A stretch of 64,000 nucleotides of DNA from an uncultured bacterium. Its GTDB lineage: Bacteria > Verrucomicrobiota > Verrucomicrobiia > Verrucomicrobiales > DEV007. Each line of letters begins with the position of its first letter. Positions within the stretch are counted from its first letter, which is position 1. Location: assembly GCA_963977015.1 (NCBI GenBank), contig CAXBMO010000022.1, positions 1-64,000 on the forward strand, given 5' to 3'. Of this stretch, positions 1 through 9,900 are shown piece by piece. Made by a program: the position numbers and the translations under genes. The notes below the pieces were generated by a model that saw only the letters and a list, made by a program, of their open reading frames with translations, was not told the origin of the DNA and searched no databases.

Positions 1-2
1 CC

Positions 3-191
3 GAAAACGGCCTCGAACAGCGCGCCCTCTACGGCCCCACCGGCCGCATGGAATTTGTCGGCCCGGTTGGCAAAGGAACTCTGGAACCTCACGCCCACGA
101 CAAGGCCGTCATGGCTAAGCTGTGGGACGTTTCGGAACAGGCGACGGGATTTAGCTGGTCGCTTTCACCAATTGAGAAGGAGCCAGCATGA
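3..191 (+). CDS. 3' end of an SDR-family oxidoreductase (5' partial, runs off window)
   Basis: Open frame from the window start: ENGLEQRALYGPTGRMEFVGPVG...AKLWDVSEQATG, a typical C-terminus of retinol-dehydrogenase-like SDRs; its TGA overlaps the next ATG (ATGA 188-191). Confidence 0.7.
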   Translation, partial: ENGLEQRALYGPTGRMEFVGPVGKGTLEPHAHDKAVMAKLWDVSEQATGFSWSLSPIEKEPA

Positions 192-565
192 CCGTATTTC
201 GTATCATTGGGATCGCCTTGGCCGCCTTTGGCGTCCTGGCCTCCGTGTTCCCCAATTGGTTCAGCTTTCTCACTGGAGCTCCGGAATCTCCGGGCGACGT
301 CTTCGAAGCCGTCGAGCGTCGCGTGCGCGGAGGCATGGTGCTCGGGTTGGGTTTGTGCTTCATCGCCGTGACTGCACTTCGTCCTTGGTCGACGAGCATC
401 CCCACCGCGATCTTCTATCTCATGGCCGGCGCACTCGCAGCACGGCTCCTCGGCCTGCTCATCGACGGAGCCGTTCCGAAGCAATGGCTTTGGGTGGCCG
501 TGGAAGCTGTCGTAATGGCCGTGGCTGCACTCTGGCTGTGGCGTTGGGGTGGGACGGCCTCATAG
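188..565 (+). CDS. DUF4345-like small membrane protein
   Basis: 125 aa, about 4 hydrophobic helices, ERRVRGG and ARLLGLLIDG motifs; AAGGAG SD upstream. Confidence 0.7.
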   Translation: MTVFRIIGIALAAFGVLASVFPNWFSFLTGAPESPGDVFEAVERRVRGGMVLGLGLCFIAVTALRPWSTSIPTAIFYLMAGALAARLLGLLIDGAVPKQWLWVAVEAVVMAVAALWLWRWGGTAS

Positions 566-594
566 TGTGTCATCAAAATAGCCGCTTTCGTTGA

Positions 595-1398
595 TCACCC
601 TGTGACAAGCTCTGCGATTGCTCGAACAAGGTCGGCGCATTTGTCGTCGTCGAGGGCATCCGGGTGCGGATCGGAAAATCGGCGGGCGTCGTTGTCGTAG
701 TAGTTCCCCGAAGCGTCGGCGAACTCGTCGGAGAGGGCGGCGCGGCGGAGAATGCCGGCACCGATGCCGAGGTCCTTTCCGGCCATGCCGAAGCCTTCCT
801 TGACCATCTTGCTGGCGAGCAGGGAACCGGGATTGACGGCGACAATGACGGGGCCGGTTTCGCCGAGTTCGCGAGCGAGTTGGCGGGTCCACATGGTGAT
901 CGCCAGCTTGCTCTGGGAATAGGCGGACATATCGTCGAGTCGGCTTTCTCCGCGCAGGGCTGACAGGTCGACGCGATCCTGTGCGGCCGAAGACAGGTTC
1001 ACAACACGCCCGTCGGCGGGAATGACGGGCAGCAGTCGCCGGGTGAGAAGATAGGGCGCGAGGGTGTTGACGACGAAGCGGAGGTCGAGTCCGCTTGCCG
1101 CAATCGGGTGGGGGATTTTTAAGACGCCGGCGTTGTTGATGAGCACGTCGATGCGGTCGTGTTTTCCGGACAGCTCCGTTGCGAGCGCTTCGACTTCCAC
1201 GAGTCGCGAAAAGTCAGCGCGGAAGGTTTCGGTTTCGCCCGCGTCGGGGATGGCGTCGATCGTCTCTTTCGCCCTTGCGAGCTTTTCAGCACTCCTTCCG
1301 TGGAGCAGCAGGCGATGGCCGTCCGCGGCGAGAAGCTTGGCGGTTTCGAGTCCGATGCCGTCGGTCGCGCCGGTGATGATGATGGTCTTTTTCATCAA
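595..1398 (-). CDS. SDR family NAD(P)-dependent oxidoreductase
   Basis: TGATDGIG Rossmann motif, NNAG, catalytic YSQSK. Confidence 0.93.
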   Translation of the reverse strand: MMKKTIIITGATDGIGLETAKLLAADGHRLLLHGRSAEKLARAKETIDAIPDAGETETFRADFSRLVEVEALATELSGKHDRIDVLINNAGVLKIPHPIAASGLDLRFVVNTLAPYLLTRRLLPVIPADGRVVNLSSAAQDRVDLSALRGESRLDDMSAYSQSKLAITMWTRQLARELGETGPVIVAVNPGSLLASKMVKEGFGMAGKDLGIGAGILRRAALSDEFADASGNYYDNDARRFSDPHPDALDDDKCADLVRAIAELVTG

Positions 1399-1404
1399 CC
1401 GGTT

Positions 1405-2394
1405 TCAAACGTCGATCACGACTTTCCCCATCGCCTGGCCGCTGGTGAGGCGGGCGTGGGCGTCTCCTGTCTCTTCGAGAGAATATCGATTTTCATCAAC
1501 GACGACTTTGAAATCGCTCGACTCGATGATGCTGGCGAGGTCGGCGAGAATGGTGCCGTGTTCGGAGCGTTTGAAATCGTGTAACATGGGGATGAGCATG
1601 AAGACGACGTGCAGCGAGAGACCTTTGAAGTGAACCGGCGTCAGGTCGAGTTCGCACATCGAAACGGTGGTGGCGATTTGTCCGTTGAGGGCCGCGGCTT
1701 CGAAGGAGCTCGAAAGATTCGCCCCGCCCACGGAATCGAAGACGAGCTCAAATCCCGCACCGCCGGTGTGTTTGCCGACATAGTCTGCGACGCTTTCGGT
1801 TTTGTAATTGATCCCGGTCGCGCCGAGTTGCTCGATCAGGGCAAGCTGCTTGTCGCCTCCGCCGGTCGAAAAGACTTCGGCACCCCAGTGTTTCGCGAGC
1901 TGCAGAGCGACGTGACCGACTCCGCCGGACCCACCGTGGACGAGCACCTTCTGGCCCTCGCTGATACCGGCGCGTTGCAGTCCTTCGTAGGCGGTGATCG
2001 CCACGAGAGGCAGGGCTGCCGCTTCGCGCATCGAGAGATTTTTCGGCTTGTGAGCGATCAGGTCGCTGTCGGCGGCAATGTATTCGGCGAGGGCTCCGGG
2101 CAGGTCAGCGAGACCACCGGCGCAGCCATAAACTTCGTCTCCGATGGAGAAGTTTTCGACTCCGTCACCGACCGCTTCGACCGTTCCGGCGAAATCCATG
2201 CCGAGCAGAGCGGGGAGTTCGGGGGAAAGCGGGAGTTCGGATCCCATGGTGCGGATCATCGTGTCGACGGTGTTCACGCTGGTGGCCGCGATTTTGACGA
2301 GGACATGGCCGGGCTTGGCGATCGGCTTTTCGATCTCAGTGGCTTCGAAGTTTGAATCTTCGCCGTAGGTTTTCAGGAGCATTGCTTTCATCAT
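1405..2394 (-). CDS. MDR/zinc-ADH-like quinone oxidoreductase family protein
   Basis: GMDFAGTV, AAALPLVAITA, VHGGSGGVG and C-terminal GKVVI motifs. Confidence 0.92.
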   Translation of the reverse strand: MMKAMLLKTYGEDSNFEATEIEKPIAKPGHVLVKIAATSVNTVDTMIRTMGSELPLSPELPALLGMDFAGTVEAVGDGVENFSIGDEVYGCAGGLADLPGALAEYIAADSDLIAHKPKNLSMREAAALPLVAITAYEGLQRAGISEGQKVLVHGGSGGVGHVALQLAKHWGAEVFSTGGGDKQLALIEQLGATGINYKTESVADYVGKHTGGAGFELVFDSVGGANLSSSFEAAALNGQIATTVSMCELDLTPVHFKGLSLHVVFMLIPMLHDFKRSEHGTILADLASIIESSDFKVVVDENRYSLEETGDAHARLTSGQAMGKVVIDV

Positions 2395-2429
2395 TTTTTC
2401 GTGGAGGTGTTGGGTTTGATCTATTCGCT

Positions 2430-2504
2430 TTTTGAATCAAAAGTTTCTTTTCTATGAGCAATCCTGACATACTCTGAGAAACAGAAAAATTGATTGTTAC
2501 AATC
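2430..2504. promoter_or_regulatory. Divergent LysR control region with two palindromes
   Basis: TTTTGA-A-TCAAAA (2430-2442, fits T-N11-A) and GATTGT-T-ACAATC (2492-2504) in the AT-rich gap between the LysR gene and the oxidoreductase pair. Confidence 0.45.
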
Positions 2505-2510
2505 GAAGCG

Positions 2511-3401
2511 ATGAGCAATTCGAATAGAACCAGTTTTCAACTCGACGTCGATCTCCTCAGCCTTCGCACCCTGGTGGCGGTGATCGAGGAAGGGGGATTC
2601 TCTGCAGCCGCGAAGCGTGTGGGGCGCACTCAGTCCGCAATCAGTCTCCAGATCGCGAAGCTGGAGGAGCGCCTGAATGCAAAGTTGCTCGAACGGACCA
2701 GCCGTTCGGTGTCGGTCACTCCGGCCGGGGAAATTTTCCTCAGCTACGCACGGCGCATTCTCGAACTGTCCGACGAAGCGTTGCTCGCGGTTTCCGCGCC
2801 CGAGGAGAAAACGCTCTTGCGGGTTGGGTTCGCCGAATACCTCGCGCCCCGGCATTTGCCGAACCTGCTGGCGACCTTTCGCCGCGCGCACCCGAACTGC
2901 GAACTGAGCCTCATTCTCGGCATGGGTGTCGATTTGTTTCCGTTGCTGGACGAGGGAAAACTCGACCTGGTTTTTGCCGGCCCCGAAGCGGAAAATGGAA
3001 CCCTGCTGTGGGAAGAAGAACTGGCCTGGACCGGACCGGGCGAAGACGTGGCGAATGCGACCTTGGGCGAAGAGGAGGGAACACCTCTCGAACTTGTCCT
3101 GATGCATCCACCGTGCAGCTATCGGCAGATCGCGTTCGACTCGCTTACCAAAGTTGGTCAGCCGTGGAAAATGTCGATCGAAGCCAACTCGGTGCAGGCG
3201 GTGCAATCCGCGATTCGTGCCGGCCTCGGAGTGAGCGTCCTGCCTCGTTCTGCCGTCGCAGAGGATTTGAACTTTCTGTCAGGGGAATCTCTGCCTGAAT
3301 TGCCAACCACCTCCGTAATGAGCTATGTGCGGGCCGATCGAGCGCATCCCTACGCCCAACGTTTTATCAGTTTCCTGCTGGCCAGCGTCGAGACGAAGTG
3401 A
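2511..3401 (+). CDS. LysR family transcriptional regulator
   Basis: HTH GGFSAAAKRVGRTQSAISLQIAKLEERL, LLERTSR, substrate-binding domain ending GLGVSVLP; ATG 2511 chosen over TTG 2490. Confidence 0.95.
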   Translation: MSNSNRTSFQLDVDLLSLRTLVAVIEEGGFSAAAKRVGRTQSAISLQIAKLEERLNAKLLERTSRSVSVTPAGEIFLSYARRILELSDEALLAVSAPEEKTLLRVGFAEYLAPRHLPNLLATFRRAHPNCELSLILGMGVDLFPLLDEGKLDLVFAGPEAENGTLLWEEELAWTGPGEDVANATLGEEEGTPLELVLMHPPCSYRQIAFDSLTKVGQPWKMSIEANSVQAVQSAIRAGLGVSVLPRSAVAEDLNFLSGESLPELPTTSVMSYVRADRAHPYAQRFISFLLASVETK

Positions 3402-3552
3402 CTCTTTGTTAGGGATTTCGTGGGGCCTATTTCCTGGAATTTCAGGCAAATCTCTATTTTGCCGAAATTGAGAGGCGTCCGTTCCACAGGTCTGCCGCGA
3501 TGAAGAGGGAAATTGCGCAAGACTCGACTCGATTCCGAGGGAAGGCTGTCGA

Positions 3553-4824
3553 ATGCCCCTCATCAACCCCTGTTTGCGATCCGGTTCTCGAAGACGACGT
3601 TCTCTCTCGTTCGCTGCCATCCTCACACTCTGCGTTTTTCTAGCCGGGAGGACCAGCTTCGCGGACGACGTGTGGAGGAACAGCGCGGCACCGGAGCCGC
3701 CTGCGATGACCGATCCGATCCTCATCACAAGCCTCGCTCAACTGGAGGCTCACACGCAGACGATGCCGCCGAATCCGAACCCCGTTCCCGACGGCGAATC
3801 GCCGCTCTATCCCGGTGGACCGGTCTATTTTCCGGGCCCCGCCACGGGGGTGAACGCCGAGAGCGACGTCATCATCGATTTCCGGAAGGTAACTGAAACC
3901 ATCACCCGGCCACTCCGAATCTGGGAGGCGCGCAATGTGCGAATCATCGGCTTGAAGATGAAACTCGAAGCCCCTGTCGAAGGAGAAAAGAGCAAACTGA
4001 AAAACGCCGACGGTGCGGGATTCATCCAATTCGCGAATCCCTACCCGAGAGTGCCCGGAGGAAACGCGCTCGGGATCACCCATTCCCGCACGCTCTATAT
4101 CGAGGGATGCGACATTGACTGCAACGGGAACAACATCGACGCGCTCGTCCCTTCTCCCAACCACTCACAACCGGTCGAGGATCAACTCGCCCACAGGAAG
4201 ATCGTCGTCATCAACAGCCGCATCGCCGGGTTCCGAGGGCACAACGTTGTCGAGGATATTGGGGAAGGTCTTCATTGCGATCCGATCCAACTGCAGAGCG
4301 GAACCGCCGCCGAGATCGTCTTGGAAAACGTGGATGTGGAGACCGGGCATGAAGGGTTCGTCCTCAATCCCGTGACCGATCCGGCGAGTCCCATCTATGC
4401 ACCACCGCCCGGCTCGCTGACGCTGAACCGGGTGTCCTATGACATCGACCCGCGGTTCGTCGATCCGGATCCCCGGATGCATCAATACCCCGTCGCTTTG
4501 GCCACGAACGTCGCGTTGGAAAAGTTGAACATCACACGGTTTGAATACCGGAAACTGCAAGGCGGCAACTCAAAGACCGGGGAACCCTATCAAGGTCCCC
4601 ATGCGATCCTACATGTCTCGCCTTACCGCCAGGAAACGAAAGACTACCAGTTCACCTACTACGTCGATCCGGCTTATGCTGCGCCGAATCTAAAGCCGAT
4701 GGAAGGACTGAAGCTTTACGAGGGGACCGTCGCCGAAGGGAATCTAGCGGACTATCCGATGGAAAAATTCGCACCGGCTGAGCATCTTGGGAATGGATAC
4801 AAGATCGATGAAACTCTCTATTAA
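3553..4824 (+). CDS. Secreted hypothetical protein, possible right-handed beta-helix
   Basis: Signal peptide ending SFA; repeated short beta-strand patterns (NVRIIGL, TLYIEG, KIVVINSRI, EIVLENV, SLTLNRV); HCDPIQ motif. Confidence 0.6.
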   Translation: MPLINPCLRSGSRRRRSLSFAAILTLCVFLAGRTSFADDVWRNSAAPEPPAMTDPILITSLAQLEAHTQTMPPNPNPVPDGESPLYPGGPVYFPGPATGVNAESDVIIDFRKVTETITRPLRIWEARNVRIIGLKMKLEAPVEGEKSKLKNADGAGFIQFANPYPRVPGGNALGITHSRTLYIEGCDIDCNGNNIDALVPSPNHSQPVEDQLAHRKIVVINSRIAGFRGHNVVEDIGEGLHCDPIQLQSGTAAEIVLENVDVETGHEGFVLNPVTDPASPIYAPPPGSLTLNRVSYDIDPRFVDPDPRMHQYPVALATNVALEKLNITRFEYRKLQGGNSKTGEPYQGPHAILHVSPYRQETKDYQFTYYVDPAYAAPNLKPMEGLKLYEGTVAEGNLADYPMEKFAPAEHLGNGYKIDETLY

Positions 4825-4894
4825 CCGATGCACGAAAACACCCTCTTCGTTCAGGGGAATCCAGTGCCCCTTTTCTTCTTCAACCAGCGTTCAA

Positions 4895-6775
4895 TTATTC
4901 AGCATCCGCCTTTGCTTTCACGAGCGGAGTGAAGTGCTGGAAATTATTCTCATCGACAATCAGGAAACGAATCTCTCCCACCTCCCCAGGAACGGGTGCG
5001 GTGATGAGAAAACCATCCTCACTGATTTCCGCCGGTCTTTTCATTTGATAGTCCACCTTCGGGTCCGCTTTGCTGTAATCCACATCCCTCTTCGAATGCC
5101 CGCCGCTTTCGCCTTGGCCGGAGTAGTAAAGAATCGAGGCACTTGATGCCTTGGGGAACTTCGGATCAAGCCTCGCCCTGGCCCTCCCCTTTTCACCATC
5201 GAAGCTCACCTTGCCGATTTTCGCACTCGGCAATTTCGCGTCGCTATAGTGAGGATTGAGATGCGGAAAAACCGCGTTGGTCGCTTCCAGATTTCCGTTC
5301 AACTCAGCCGCCAATTCCTTCACGATTTCCCCATACTCGGGATTCGCTGCCAAATCGTGTTTCTCCTCGATATCCGCCGCCTTCCCATTTTCATAGAGAC
5401 GGTAGAGCGAATGGGTTTCCGTGCGGAAGTGCCGGTAGAACTTGAAATCCCCTTTCCGAATCGTCGCATTCATCTGGTTATGCGGAAAATGCCAGAACAT
5501 GCTTTCGCGGGCCGTTCCGCCTGCCGTCATCACTTCGTCAGCGTCGGCCGTAAGAACCTCAGTAATGTCCAAACCGCTCAACTTTGCCGCCTCCTCTTTT
5601 TCAATCTCCGTGGAGGTCAGGTGCAGGATTGTCGGGAAGAAATCCAGCTGGTTGATCATCGTCGACTTTTCCGTTCCCGCGGGAACTCCGGGCCCGGTCA
5701 CCACCAACGGCACGCGAATTCCGCCCTCATCGGTGTGCTTCTTTCCCGCCTTCAGAGGGAAGTTGTCCGAAAGGATTTCCTTCCCCTTGATCTCCGCCCC
5801 GCCATTGTCCGAAGTGAAAAACAGATAGGTCGTTTCGATCAGCTTTTTCCCGGGGTGTCTCGGATCATCCGTGTTTTCCAGGAGGTCCAGAATTCGTCCC
5901 AGGCTCCAGTCCACCGTCGTGACCATGGAGGCGAAATACGGATTCTGCTGGCCCTCCCGGGTCATGGGTCCCTTTTTGGGCGGGAACGGTTGCCCCAACT
6001 TGTCGCAGTAATACTCCAACAACTGCCCGTTTCTCGTCAGCATCGGCCAATGCACCAACCAGTGGCAGAGATTCAGGAAAAACGGTTCGCCCTTGTTCCG
6101 GCTGATGAAGCTCATCGCTTCCTCGGTCAGTTCATCTTTCGGATAAGAAATCCCCTCGGGAAACTTTTCCGAAACCGGCGGGTACTTCTCCTTACTCAGC
6201 GGGTAGGCCTTATCCTTCGCCGTCGCGAAATCTTTGGTGCGATCACCCATCCCGCGATGCACGCCGCGCGTCTGGTTCACCTCATCGAACCCAAAGGCCG
6301 TCGCGTTCAACCCCGCGTGCCATTTCCCGAAATGACCAGTCCGATAACCGTTCCGGTTCAGGACATCCGCCAAGGTCAAATGCTCCAACTCCAGATGGGC
6401 TCCGAGGAAAGGCTCGTGCCACTCGACCGACTTGCTAGGTGCCGGGATGCTCGCCGCCGTCACATGGGTAAATCCAAGCTGCGCGGGATGTTGTCCTGTG
6501 ATGATCGCCGCGCGCGATGGAGCACAGGTCGGAGCCGGTGAATATCCTTGGGAGAAATTCATCCCCCGTTCCGCGAGCCTGATCAAATTCGGAGTTTCAT
6601 ACGGACACGGGTCTCGCAGATCATTCAGCTTTTCCACATCCTGCCAGCCCAAATCGTCGACGTAGAAAATGATCACGTTAGGGCGTTCGATCCCGGATGC
6701 CGGGACCAAACCCAACGCGGAAAACATCGCCAGGGTTACGAGTGAGAGAAACGAAGTCTTTTTCATAGGGTTCAA
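4895..6775 (-). CDS. Sulfatase (formylglycine-dependent, S1), secreted
   Basis: PNVIIFYVDDLGW, CAPSRA, GKWH, SDNG; signal peptide; start may be ATG 6766. Confidence 0.95.
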   Translation of the reverse strand: MNPMKKTSFLSLVTLAMFSALGLVPASGIERPNVIIFYVDDLGWQDVEKLNDLRDPCPYETPNLIRLAERGMNFSQGYSPAPTCAPSRAAIITGQHPAQLGFTHVTAASIPAPSKSVEWHEPFLGAHLELEHLTLADVLNRNGYRTGHFGKWHAGLNATAFGFDEVNQTRGVHRGMGDRTKDFATAKDKAYPLSKEKYPPVSEKFPEGISYPKDELTEEAMSFISRNKGEPFFLNLCHWLVHWPMLTRNGQLLEYYCDKLGQPFPPKKGPMTREGQQNPYFASMVTTVDWSLGRILDLLENTDDPRHPGKKLIETTYLFFTSDNGGAEIKGKEILSDNFPLKAGKKHTDEGGIRVPLVVTGPGVPAGTEKSTMINQLDFFPTILHLTSTEIEKEEAAKLSGLDITEVLTADADEVMTAGGTARESMFWHFPHNQMNATIRKGDFKFYRHFRTETHSLYRLYENGKAADIEEKHDLAANPEYGEIVKELAAELNGNLEATNAVFPHLNPHYSDAKLPSAKIGKVSFDGEKGRARARLDPKFPKASSASILYYSGQGESGGHSKRDVDYSKADPKVDYQMKRPAEISEDGFLITAPVPGEVGEIRFLIVDENNFQHFTPLVKAKADAE

Positions 6776-6911
6776 AAAATCAGGGTTCCAGAAAAGGGTC
6801 CGTTTCCACTTCTATCACCGGATAAATTTCGTTGCCAGCTTTCGGTTGTCTCGACGGTCGCAACAGGATCAACGGAGAATACAGAAAACTCGCAACATCA
6901 CCAGATCAGTT

Positions 6912-9900
6912 CTACTTTCGCCGCGCCTCATATCTCCCCTCGATCTTCAGGAGATCGCCCTCGAGCACATGCGAGTATTTCCCTTCCACCTTCGCTGAAG
7001 TCGGCGTGGCTTCGGTCACCGGTTTTTCCCAAATCACCTCGCGTCCATTCCGCAGAATGCAGCGACCGTCTTCGGTGAACTCGCGGCTGTAGGTATCGAG
7101 GTAAGTCCAGGTTCCGAGGAGGTTGTGACCCTTCTCCAGGGGAACTGGCTTCATTTTCGGATTCGTCCGGGGCGCCGCGTTTCCCTTTGCCCCGGCACTT
7201 CCCCCCGCCTCAGGCAATTGATCCAGAGGCACCTCCATTTTTGTCTCAAACGGAGGCAGGACTCGCAAACGCAGATTCCGGAACTCGACCGGAGCGCCTT
7301 CGGACTCGAGGCAGAGATACCCTTTCGCGGGACTGATGTCTTCGCCGCCGGAGACTTCTTCGCCATTGACCCAAAGACGAACGACTCCGTCGATCGCACG
7401 AATGTAGTAGTGGTTCCACTCATTGATTCCCTTGGTGGTTTCCTTGGAGGGAAAGCTGCGGCGGCCTCGAGGACCGACCGGCGGAAAGGGCTTCATCTTG
7501 ACACCACCGCCGACCGTGAAGACGTCGCCGTGACTGGTGAACCAATCACCCTTTTTGTTGAACTGCTTTTCATACACTTCGCGATAGCCGAGATCGAGCA
7601 CCTGAACCTCGATGCCCTGGGGAAGTCCCCGGCCCTGTTTCATGACAGCATTGAGGGATTCGGGCGAGGCCCAGACGAAGACACCGGAGTTGCCGCCGTG
7701 TTTCTTGTGCATCCATTCGCAGGAGAATTCGAAGTTGGTCAGGGGATGGGTGTAGCGGATCACGCCGGTGGGTTTGCCGGTGCACCAGGCATGGCTTCCC
7801 TCCCAGCGCCAGGTATCGGGGAAACAGCTGACGTTGTGAAAATCTTCGCCGGTCAACTCGACCCAGCCGGGACCCTCGCCGCGACTGAATTCGGGCTTGA
7901 GCTCGGCGGTCAAACCGCTGTCGACCTCCCCGGCGATATCGCCCATGAGGTAGGCAGCGATGTCGCGAACGTCCTGGCTGCTCAACCCCATGTCAGCCGC
8001 GGAGGGCATCCAGGAATGATTCTCGGGATACTCGATCTCCGCCTTGGGGCGGCGGAATGGAACCTTGAGAGTGGCTCCGCCCATTGTTTTCACGCGAATC
8101 GCTCCGGCGTGCCAGCTGAAGCCCCGGGAAACGCCTTCGAGCCGGTGGCCGTTCTGGGTCACGATGACCGGCTTGTCATAGCCGTGCGCCAGTTCCGCCG
8201 AGGGATCGACGAGCGCTTTGATCACGGAATCCAAATCGCGCACCTGTCCCCAGTTGGTCAGGTTGGGACCGAAGGGAACGCCACCGGCGCCGATCTGGTG
8301 GCACATCATGCACAGCGTCGCTTTGGCACGACCACTGTCGAGATTCGGCTCGAGCGCGGCAATTTCTTCGATCGATCCCATTTCGGTGGTGACTCCGAAT
8401 TTTGTGGGAAACAGGTAGCTCTGGGTGAGCGGCTCGGGATCGGGGTCGCTGATATCCTTTTCGAGAAACTCGGTGATGGTCTGCTGGTAGTCTTCGCCCC
8501 CGAAAGCCTCGTGCGACTGGAAGCGCTTCATCGTCTCCAGGTTCTGCTTGCGCTCAGTGTCGGTGTAACAAAGCCCATAGGTGTAGGCCAGCCGACGGAA
8601 GGTGGCCGGGGCCGGTTCCTGCGCGAGGATACAATCCGCGAGATCTGCCAAGGCCGCAGGAGATCGCAATCGCCAGGCGAGGTTTTGCTGTCGCTCGTTC
8701 CATTGGGTCGGATCGGGTTGTTGAAGTTTTACGATCTGTTCGTAGACGGCATCGCGATGTTCGTCGAAGACCGCTCCGAGCGCCTCGAGGTACCAGCGGT
8801 TCTGCCCGTCGTATCCGGCGATCAATGTTTCGAGTGACTCGCGAATTTCCTCAAACTCCATGTCCCGCATCACGGCGAGGATTTCACGGCGAACAGCGGG
8901 ATAAGGATCGTCGGCGAGTTGTTCAACTAGAGGCAGGAGCGATTCGCGCTCACCAAAGCGCAGGGCGCGAAAAGCCGTGATCCGCCACTGAGGATCGTCG
9001 GACTCGAGCAGCTCCTTCACGTCCGCCGTGGCCTGCTCATCGTCGAGCTGCGCGAGCAGGAAAACAGCGCGTGCCTGGTAGTAGGGGTTGGCCGTATTGA
9101 CCTCGAAAAATGCGGCAATATCAGGATAAACGTCTTCAGTTTTCTTGAGCCGATCCTGGGCCACCCAGCGAACGCCCGGGGCCGGACTTTTCAGAGCTTC
9201 AAGAAGGCCCTTCGTGGTGTTGAAGTCGATTTCCGGAGGGTTGACCGACTGACCTTTCCTGGCGATGCGGAAAATCGCGCCTTCGCCGTTGCCGGAATTG
9301 CGGGCATTGGTTCCCGAGTTCCAGTCGCTGACGAAGAGCGCTCCGTCGGTGGCACCAGCCACATCGGTGGGAAGAAACGCGGCCGCCGATTCGTTTTCGG
9401 AAGCGCGATCCGTGGCGAAGAAGTCTTTCTCAAGATCGACCAGCTCGACCTGGGCATCGCGAAGCTCGGGACGGAAGCGAAACACGGCGCGGTGGACCGT
9501 TTCACAGACGAGGTAACTGCCACGGTATTCCTCCCCGAGTTCGTCGCCTTCGATCATGTAGTCCCCGGTCGGACCACCCGGACCCCAGACATTTCCCGGA
9601 GGGGTGACACCAGGGAAATGTTCGCGCCAGTGCCCCTCATCCCGGCGGAGGACCGACTTGGAATGGCGCTCGTAGGCATTCTGCTTCACCTCTTCAGTGA
9701 CCGTCTTCTTCTCCCAGCTTTTCGCCGAGTCTTCCCAGGACCGGTTTCCATCCTCCAGGGCAGCGTAGCCGAAATTCGAATGCTCCATGGCCCAAGCCGC
9801 TCGCGCGTGAGCCGGGTCGTCGTTGTCTGCCTGCAGTACATCGCCGAACGAAGTGACGAGCATGGCGTGGGTGTTGCGCGCGTTTTGAAAAATGACCTCG

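Noticed and set aside
7125-8837. 570-aa plus-strand ORF
   Set aside because: Antisense shadow of the CxxCH/DUF1080 gene; no motifs; such shadows are expected in GC-rich coding DNA
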